In this document: one piece after another, positions 57,277-64,000 of the stretch
How the letters are laid out: each line of letters opens with the position of its first letter
Numbering within the stretch: the stretch's first letter is position 1
Translations under genes and position numbers: made by a program
Notes under the pieces: model-generated
Database searches by the model: none
What the model saw: only the letters and a program-made list of their open reading frames with translations
What the model was told of the DNA's origin: nothing
NCBI GenBank assembly: GCA_963664705.1
Contig: OY761556.1
Coordinates: 1,408,001 to 1,472,000, forward strand
Length of the DNA stretch: 64,000 bases
Direction: 5' to 3'
Source: Acidobacteriota bacterium
Lineage (GTDB): Bacteria; Acidobacteriota; UBA6911

Positions 57277-57549
57277 TTGGATCAGAAAAAAAAGAAGGCT
57301 TCGCATGTCGTCCTGGCAGTGCACGTAACCAACCGTCTTAAAAAGGCGCCTCTTGTTCAAAAATCGCTTTCGCAGTATGGCGATGTGATCCGGACCCGCC
57401 TTGGGCTCCATGAAGTGGGCGGCGATTTTTCATCTCCTGAAGGGGTCATGCTTCTCGATATCGTTGAAGAACCGAAGGCCAAGCAGTTGCAGAAAATGCT
57501 GGATAAGATCGCCGGAATTGAAACCAAGCTGGTCGTGTTCAAACACTAA
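57277..57549 (+). CDS. Small ACT-like protein (TM1266/iron-only hydrogenase regulator-like)
   Basis: RBS GGAGG with TTG start; VQ..LSQYG..IRTRLGLHE. Confidence 0.65.
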   Translation: MDQKKKKASHVVLAVHVTNRLKKAPLVQKSLSQYGDVIRTRLGLHEVGGDFSSPEGVMLLDIVEEPKAKQLQKMLDKIAGIETKLVVFKH

Positions 57550-57662
57550 AGCGGATGCCGCGTATTTCACGAGGTCGCGGAGGCGCCCTGTAAAATACGC
57601 GGCACCAGGATGCTCAAACCCCATCCGATCCACAATTCATCCATACCGAAAAATGGCAGGCT

Positions 57663-59831
57663 ATGAAAAATTTGCTTTTGGTTGCCATGGTTGCCGCACT
57701 GGCTACGTGCTCCTGTTCCGTGTCCGGCCCGGCCGAGTCCGAATCTTCCCGGATCCTCTATCCACAGACGAAGAAGGTTGACCTGGTGGAGGACCATTTC
57801 GGGACGCGCGTGGCGGATCCGTATCGCTGGCTCGAGGATGCCGATTCGGCCGATACGCGCGCCTGGGTCGAGGCCGAGAACAAGGTCACCCAGGGTTACC
57901 TCAGTCAGATCCCGGAGCGTGCCCGCATCAAAAAGAGGCTGACTTCGATCTGGAATTACGAACGGTATGGAGCGCCGGCGCACCGGGGGCCTTTTTACAT
58001 TTTCAGCCGCAACAGCGGTCTGCAGCGCCAGTCCGTCATTTACAAGGCGAAGGCTATCGATGCAGAGCCGGAGGTTTTGCTGGATCCGAACACTCTTTCC
58101 GCCGATGGCACGGTTGCGTTGAGCCACACTTCTTATACGGATGACGGCCGCTACATGGCTTATGGCGTGGCCGCCAGCGGGTCCGACTGGGTGGAGTGGC
58201 ATGTGCGTGAGGTGGAGACGGCGAAGGACCTGCCGGATGTCATTCGCTGGTCCAAATTCAGCGGCGCCTCGTGGCTGAAGGATGGGTCGGGCTTTTACTA
58301 CGGCCGCTACGATGAGCCGTCGCCCGGCAAGTCTCTTCAGGCCGTCAATAAAAATCAGAAACTGTTCTTCCACAAGCTCGGGACCGCGCAGGACAAAGAC
58401 CGTCTCGTATATGCGCGCGCCGACAAGCCGGACTGGAGTTTTGGCGCCGACGTTACGGACGACGGGCAATTCCTGGTTGTGACGCAAAGTGAGAGCACGG
58501 AAAACCGGAACCGCGTTTTCCTCCAGGATCTGCGGGAGAAATCCCCCAGGATGCAGCCTTTTCTGGACGCCTTTGACGCATCGTACATCGTCGTCGGCAA
58601 TGATGCCGATGTTTTTTATGTGCTGACCAACCGGAATGCGCCGCGTTACAGAATGGTGGCGATAGAGCGCAGCAGGCCGCAGCCGGAGGCATGGAAGACG
58701 CTGATCCCGGAGCCCGCCGGCCGCGTGGTGCTGGAAGACGTGACGATGGTGAACAATCAGTTTGTCGGACTGCTGCTGACCGATGCGCGCAGCAGTCTTC
58801 AAATTTACGGCCTCGACGGGAAACGGGGGAAGGAAATTGCATTGCCTTCGATCGGGAGCGTCAGCGCCTTTGTCGGGCTGCGCGCGCAGAAGGAGGCCTT
58901 TTACTCATTCGGGTCCTATCTGTATCCGACGACCATTTACAGATATGATTTCCCGCAGGGGATCAGCACCGTTTTCAAAAAGCCTCTCGTCAGTTTTGAT
59001 GCCGCGCGGTACGAAACCGTCGAGGCGTTTTACCCATCCAAGGATGGAACGAAAATTCCTATGTTCATCACCTACCGCAAGGGGCTGGTGCGGAATACGC
59101 AGAATCCGACTCTGCTCTATGGGTATGGAGGATTCAACGTTTCGGAGACTCCCGGATTTTCGCCGGCATCCGCGGGATGGCTGGAAATGGGAGGCATCTA
59201 TGCCGTTGCATGCCTGCGCGGAGGCGGTGAATACGGGCAGGAGTGGTATGACGCCGGGCGGCTGAAGAACAAGCAGAATGTGTTCGATGATTTCATCGCC
59301 GGAGCCGAATATCTCATCCGGGAGGGGTACACTTCAACGCCGAAGCTGGCTATCCAGGGCGGGAGCAATGGCGGGCTCCTGGTCGGCGCATGCATCACGC
59401 AGAGGCCGGATCTTTTTGGGGCCGCGCTGCCCGCCGTGGGCGTGATGGACCTGCTCCGGTTTCACAAATTCACCATCGGGTGGGCGTGGAAATCCGATTA
59501 CGGCGATCCCGATAAAAAAGAGGATTTCGAAATTGCTTACCGGTATTCGCCGCTGCACAACATCCATGCCGGGACACGATATCCGGCGACCTTCATCACG
59601 ACGGCGGATCATGACGATCGCGTCGCGCCGCTCCACAGTTTCAAATTTGCCGCCACGCTGCAGGCCGCGCAGGCCGGAACGGCTCCGGTGTTGATCCGGA
59701 TTGAAACGAAGGCGGGGCACGGAGGCGGAAAGCCGACCGATAAGCTCATTGAGGAGCGGGCCGATATGTACGGGTTTCTTTTCCGTGAGCTGAAGATGAC
59801 GTTCCCTCCCGATTTCGGCGGAGGGGTATAG
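57663..59831 (+). CDS. Prolyl oligopeptidase (S9A)
   Basis: DPYRWLED, YGYGGF, RGGGEYG, GGSNGG (Ser), HDDRV (Asp), AGHG (His). Confidence 0.95.
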   Translation: MKNLLLVAMVAALATCSCSVSGPAESESSRILYPQTKKVDLVEDHFGTRVADPYRWLEDADSADTRAWVEAENKVTQGYLSQIPERARIKKRLTSIWNYERYGAPAHRGPFYIFSRNSGLQRQSVIYKAKAIDAEPEVLLDPNTLSADGTVALSHTSYTDDGRYMAYGVAASGSDWVEWHVREVETAKDLPDVIRWSKFSGASWLKDGSGFYYGRYDEPSPGKSLQAVNKNQKLFFHKLGTAQDKDRLVYARADKPDWSFGADVTDDGQFLVVTQSESTENRNRVFLQDLREKSPRMQPFLDAFDASYIVVGNDADVFYVLTNRNAPRYRMVAIERSRPQPEAWKTLIPEPAGRVVLEDVTMVNNQFVGLLLTDARSSLQIYGLDGKRGKEIALPSIGSVSAFVGLRAQKEAFYSFGSYLYPTTIYRYDFPQGISTVFKKPLVSFDAARYETVEAFYPSKDGTKIPMFITYRKGLVRNTQNPTLLYGYGGFNVSETPGFSPASAGWLEMGGIYAVACLRGGGEYGQEWYDAGRLKNKQNVFDDFIAGAEYLIREGYTSTPKLAIQGGSNGGLLVGACITQRPDLFGAALPAVGVMDLLRFHKFTIGWAWKSDYGDPDKKEDFEIAYRYSPLHNIHAGTRYPATFITTADHDDRVAPLHSFKFAATLQAAQAGTAPVLIRIETKAGHGGGKPTDKLIEERADMYGFLFRELKMTFPPDFGGGV

Positions 59832-59872
59832 GGAACGTTGGACGTTGCACGTTGGAACGTTGGAACGTGACG

Positions 59873-60202
59873 CTACCGGCGTAGCTGCTTTTGACGCCAG
59901 AGATCGTTCCCCCCGGCGCGGCCATCCTGCAGACGATCATACAGGCTCGGATATTTTGCCTGAAAGCTCTTCTCGTTCAGGTTTTCGTCCAGCAGCTTTC
60001 CTTCCGAATTCTTGACCGTGTAGACCGTTCCCTTCTCCCCTTTGCTGATCGTGACAACCTTGTCCCGCATCTTAAGGTGTCCCAGAACCACTCCGCCAGT
60101 CGTGGAAATCTGAGTCCCTTTTTCCTCGGCAAAAGGATTTGTGATCACGATGAAAGTAAGGCAGACAGCCACAATACAGGAACAGATAAGTACTTTTTTC
60201 AT
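59873..60202 (-). CDS. Small exported hypothetical protein
   Basis: Signal-like N-terminus MKKVLICSCIVAV; RBS AGGGGG; the ORF-track extension to 60454 is repeat-derived. Confidence 0.6.
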   Translation of the reverse strand: MKKVLICSCIVAVCLTFIVITNPFAEEKGTQISTTGGVVLGHLKMRDKVVTISKGEKGTVYTVKNSEGKLLDENLNEKSFQAKYPSLYDRLQDGRAGGNDLWRQKQLRR

Positions 60203-60251
60203 GAAGCACCCCCCTGCTGAAGCTATTATCCCGCGAATCGATCCCGCCGGC

Positions 60252-60675
60252 AACGTCCAACGTCCCAACGTCCAACGTCCAACGTCCCAACGTCCAACGT
60301 CCAACGTCCCAACGTCCCAACGTCCCAACGTCCCAACGTCCAACGTCCCAACGTCCAACGTCCCAACGTCCAACGTCCAACGTCCCAACGTCCAACGTCC
60401 AACGTCCCAACGTCCCAACGTCCAACGTCCCAACGTCCAACGTCCAACGTCCAACGTCCCAACGTCCCAACGTCCAACGTTTCAACGTCCAACGTCCAAC
60501 GTCCCAACGTCCAACGTCTCAACGTCCCAACGTCTCAACGTCTCAACGTCCAACGTCCCAACGTCCCAACGTCCAACGTCCCAACGTCCAACGTCCAACG
60601 TCCCAACGTCCAACGTCCCAACGTCCAACGTCTCAACGTCCAACGTCCAACGTCCAACGTCCAACGTCCCACGTT
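60252..60675. repeat. Long irregular AACGTC(C)n array
   Basis: About 420 bp of AACGTCC/AACGTCCC/AACGTCTC units starting right after the stop codon of the minus-strand gene at 60676. Confidence 0.95.
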
Positions 60676-61569
60676 TCATCGTCCAACCGAAACCAGGTAC
60701 CAGAATGCCGTGGTGCCGAGGGAGATCAACGTTCCGACGCTGACCATCAGGTTTGCGAGCCGCGGATTGAGTTTGTACTCCGATGCCAGGATGGCGGACG
60801 TGATCATCGGAGCCATCGCCGCTTCCAGAATGCTGGCCCGCGCCGGGAATCCTCGCACGCCGAAGACGAGCGCAGCGCCGAACACCAGTGCCGGCGCGAT
60901 CAGCAGTTTATAGGCCAGACCGGCCGACAGGCACTTTACCTCGCGTTTCCATTCCGAAAAGTGAATCTGGAGCCCGACGGAAAAGAGTGCCAGGGGCACA
61001 AGCGTGTTTCCCAGGCGCGTCAGCAGTGGGACCACAGGATCGAGGCTGACAAATCGCGGGAGGATGAGCGCCAGCGCAAAGGCCGCAAAAGGCGGGAATC
61101 TCACCAGGGTTTTCAAAACACCTTTTTGTGCGGTGCTGTGTGACGCCCGCAGGGCGGTCATGACGCCAAAAGCCGAGAGGACGATGAAGTTGACCTGGTC
61201 GCAGATCACGGCAATGCGAAGCCCTTCGTGTCCCAGGTAGGCTTCCGTGAGCGGGAAGCCGATAAAAGACGTGTTTCCGAGTCCCGCGGTCAGGAGCAGG
61301 GCGGCCTGGGTCTGTTTGTCCGGCGAAATTCTGTTGCCGAAAAACTTCAGTGCGGTCCAGGCGACCAGCCAGAGCCCCACCGGCATGGCGGCCGGAAGGA
61401 TCAGCGACGTGCTCCACTCGATTGCGGGGATATACAGCAGCGACATGGAGGGCAGCGCAATATACAGAATCCACGCATTGATGCCTTTGTGCGCGTTTTC
61501 GGGAAGCGTTCCGGTTGAGCGCAGAATCAGGCCCGCCACAAGACAAACCGCTATCAGAACAAAATTCAT
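60676..61569 (-). CDS. AEC (auxin efflux carrier) family transporter
   Basis: YIALP, GNTSFIGFP, PLALFSVG, KLLIAP, LEAAMAP. Confidence 0.88.
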   Translation of the reverse strand: MNFVLIAVCLVAGLILRSTGTLPENAHKGINAWILYIALPSMSLLYIPAIEWSTSLILPAAMPVGLWLVAWTALKFFGNRISPDKQTQAALLLTAGLGNTSFIGFPLTEAYLGHEGLRIAVICDQVNFIVLSAFGVMTALRASHSTAQKGVLKTLVRFPPFAAFALALILPRFVSLDPVVPLLTRLGNTLVPLALFSVGLQIHFSEWKREVKCLSAGLAYKLLIAPALVFGAALVFGVRGFPARASILEAAMAPMITSAILASEYKLNPRLANLMVSVGTLISLGTTAFWYLVSVGR

Positions 61570-61692
61570 ACCATCCCCTGCCAGGCTATTTGATGCCGAC
61601 TGCTTTACGGCGGGCAGAGATTATCATATCTTTATGGTTTAATCGCATGCGGCAATGTTTTATTGGCAGTGTATCGAACCTGAGGTGGACGG

Positions 61693-62265
61693 ATGGCATT
61701 GATAGGTGCAAACGAACTGAAGAGGAAAATGTTGATCGAAATTGACGGGCAGCCCTATACCGTTATGGATGTGTTCTTCGCAACTCCGAGTGCCCGTGGA
61801 GCTTCGACGATGGTCCGTACGAAACTGCGGCACCTGATCAACGACTCCGTGCTGGAGAAGACGTTCAAGACGAGCGAAAAGTTTCCCGAACCGGATGTCT
61901 CGCTGACTCCCGCGTCCTATCTCTATTCCGATGCGGACGGGTTTTACTTCATGGACGAAAGCAGCTTTGAACAATTTTCTCTTACTGCCGAACAGCTTGG
62001 CGATGACCGGCTGTACCTGAAAGAAGGGATTTCGCTGCAGGTCCGCAAGTACAACAGCCTGCCGATATCGATGCAGCTGCCTCCCTTTGTTGAACTGGCG
62101 GTAGCATCGACCGAACTGGGGCTGCGTGGAGACACCGCTTCCGGCGGCACAACCAAACCGGCGACACTCGAGACCGGATTGCAGGTGCGCGTGCCGCTTT
62201 TCATCAAGGAGGGGGAAGTCGTGCGCGTCAGCACCCAGACCGGTGAGTTTGTCGGACGGGCGTGA
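61693..62265 (+). CDS. efpL: Elongation factor P-like protein (EfpL/YeiP type)
   Basis: EF-P fold (YLYSD..GFYFMD, KPATLETGL.V.VPLFI..GE) with tip loop TPSARGAST rather than KPGKG. Confidence 0.8.
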   Translation: MALIGANELKRKMLIEIDGQPYTVMDVFFATPSARGASTMVRTKLRHLINDSVLEKTFKTSEKFPEPDVSLTPASYLYSDADGFYFMDESSFEQFSLTAEQLGDDRLYLKEGISLQVRKYNSLPISMQLPPFVELAVASTELGLRGDTASGGTTKPATLETGLQVRVPLFIKEGEVVRVSTQTGEFVGRA

Positions 62266-62515
62266 AGAAAATTACGAATTACGATTGACGAATGACGAAT
62301 TGTGAGAAGCGCGCGGATCTCATTGGTCGGGCCTCTGCAATTTATCCGCATTTCTGGAATAACCCAAACCGATAAAATCAACGCAAGCAAAGCGCCGGAG
62401 GCGCGGCAGATAGTAGACATAATGGAGTGATCGGTCTCTAGCATGTAATATCGTGGGTTACAGCTGAAGTCGTGGTGACAAAGCTGCAGAGCCATAAAAC
62501 ATGAGGAGACCGATC

Positions 62516-63610
62516 ATGGCAGATTGTATCACTTGGGTAGGGATGGATGATTCAGCAAAAAAGATAAACGTCGCAGTTTTTCGCGGGCAGGAAAGTAACC
62601 CACGAGAAGAACTTGTTGTATCAAACGACAGTACGGGGCTGGGGCGATTAGCGAAAAAGCTAAGGGCATTTGAAGATGATGTACGGTGCGTCTACGAAGC
62701 GGGCGTTAATGGATACTATTTGCAGCGCTATTTGGCCAAACATGGGATTTCTTGTGAGGTTGCGGCCCCTTCGTTGACCCCGAGACGAGCGGGGAAAAAA
62801 GTAAAAACGGATAAGCTGGATGCGAAAGCCCTGGGCAAATTGTACCGAGCGGGAGAACTAACATGTATTGTGATCCCGCAAAAAGAACAGGAAAGTCTGC
62901 GAGATCTAGTGCGCGCGCGAGAAGACGCATTGGAAGACCAGCAGCGAGCACGGCATCGATTAGCACGGTTTCTGATGCGACGTGGATTGAAATATCCGCA
63001 GGGCAAGAACTGGTCGCTTGGGCACCTAAAATGGATTAAGAGCCTTGTGTTTGAGGATGATGGGGATCAAACAGTACTGGAGGAATATCGACAGGCGCTT
63101 GAGCAACAGACGGAGCGGTTGAAAAAATTCCAGGAAAAAATCGAGGAAGTTGCAAAACAGCCGAACTATCAAAAGCGAGTCAGCTATTTGATGGCGCTAA
63201 AAGGTGTTCAGGTTCTGACGGCGATGACGATTATCGCAGAAGCGCTCGATTTAAGACGGTTCGTTGATGCGCCTTCGTTTATGGCCGCTATTGGGGTGGT
63301 GCCTTCGGAAAGCAGCTCAGGTGAACTTGAAAGACGGGGAAGGATAACCAAAACGGGAAACAGCCACCTACGTAGGGTGCTGATCGAAAGCGCCTGGCAC
63401 TACCGTCATTCTTCAGTAGCTGGCAAAACTCTCAAGAAACGACGAGAGTGTTTGCCGGCAGAAGTTATCGAGATTGCACAACGTTGCGATAAGCGATTGA
63501 ATCAAAAATTCCGACGCATGCTCAACCGAGGGAAAGAAAGACAAAAGATCGCGGTTGCGGTAAGTCGAGAATTGGCAGGATTTATCTGGGCTATCGGTCG
63601 TGTTGCATGA
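62516..63610 (+). CDS. IS110-family DEDD recombinase/transposase
   Basis: GMD, YEAG and KTDKLDA (DEDD RuvC-like); G..PSE.SSG catalytic Ser loop; ITKTGN..LR..L.E.AW; RBS GAGGAG. Confidence 0.95.
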   Translation: MADCITWVGMDDSAKKINVAVFRGQESNPREELVVSNDSTGLGRLAKKLRAFEDDVRCVYEAGVNGYYLQRYLAKHGISCEVAAPSLTPRRAGKKVKTDKLDAKALGKLYRAGELTCIVIPQKEQESLRDLVRAREDALEDQQRARHRLARFLMRRGLKYPQGKNWSLGHLKWIKSLVFEDDGDQTVLEEYRQALEQQTERLKKFQEKIEEVAKQPNYQKRVSYLMALKGVQVLTAMTIIAEALDLRRFVDAPSFMAAIGVVPSESSSGELERRGRITKTGNSHLRRVLIESAWHYRHSSVAGKTLKKRRECLPAEVIEIAQRCDKRLNQKFRRMLNRGKERQKIAVAVSRELAGFIWAIGRVA

Positions 63611-63682
63611 CATAAGGCACCAGCTCTTGCAGCTATTTTGTTCTTCAATGGATTAATAACGGAAACATTCGGTTAGTGAACG

Positions 63683-63865
63683 GAACAGGAGATCGAGTTC
63701 CAGGCTTCGAAAGGAGAAACCTCGACCTGGCTATGTTGGTATGGGAAACCAGAATCCACGGAAGTAGAGTGAGGCCGCTCCCGATGAATCAGTTGTCATG
63801 CGTGCTTATCGACCCGCGAATATCAGATTGATTATCGTCGCTGTTGCCAACTCGATCCCCTGTTC
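63683..63865 (+). ncRNA. Bridge RNA / seekRNA of the IS1111-type element
   Basis: Closing helix 63683-63699/63849-63865 (16/17 paired); target guides CCTGGCTA and AAGTAG; donor guide ATATCAGA. Confidence 0.75.
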
Positions 63866-64000
63866 TTTTTACTGGCTGATTTATTTATGAACCGAAGAAA
63901 ACCAAAATGAACGAACAAGGAACGGATTGATTGTACTTGACCGATCACTCCATATCAGCCAGGGGTGAGCGTAGCGAACCCCTGGACTAGGATCAGGAAT

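Larger units (their letters stand above)
62417..63958 (+). mobile_element. Complete IS110-family (IS1111-type) insertion sequence inserted in a REP
   Basis: Perfect 15-bp subterminal IRs ATGGAGTGATCGGTC (62422-62436) and GACCGATCACTCCAT (63939-63953); AG core at both junctions; joined flanks rebuild a REP. Confidence 0.92.

Noticed and set aside
61693-62265. EarP-rhamnosylated EF-P
   Set aside because: The loop context (PSARG) fits EfpL and no earP gene is adjacent.

Overview
A 64-kb bacterial chromosome segment, mostly GC-rich, most likely Acidobacteriota (inferred from the VWFA-related protein, the MARGWESKSVE small protein, PD40 and NHL surface proteins and the Wza/Wzc EPS locus). In order it holds: the start of an exopolysaccharide cluster (RHH-like protein, Wza, Wzc, a flippase fused to a CheR-like methyltransferase, pyruvyl transferase); two LuxR regulators, a histidine kinase and PilZ proteins; a BrnT/BrnA toxin-antitoxin pair; secreted proteins; tRNA-Arg(CCG); MsrP and an MsrQ fused to a ferredoxin reductase; a heme-c/CZB chemoreceptor; a CPA2 antiporter; a Y1 HUH transposase flanked by inverted GTAG-REPs (RAYT-like); an MdtABC-OMF efflux operon; an ADP-forming acyl-CoA ligase; a RelA-type synthetase; FolD; prolyl oligopeptidase; EfpL; and a complete IS110/IS1111 element. 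The strongest signals are non-coding. (1) The IS1111 element splits a REP copy, and its right end carries a readable bridge-RNA with guide segments matching the REP target and the element's own circle junction. (2) About 18 strand-polarised, irregular ACGT-core 7-9-mer arrays begin at or inside stop codons and seem to have replaced some C-termini. (3) REP-linked duplications and collapses. (4) Two candidate small RNAs. All calls come from reading the sequence by eye; no searches were run.
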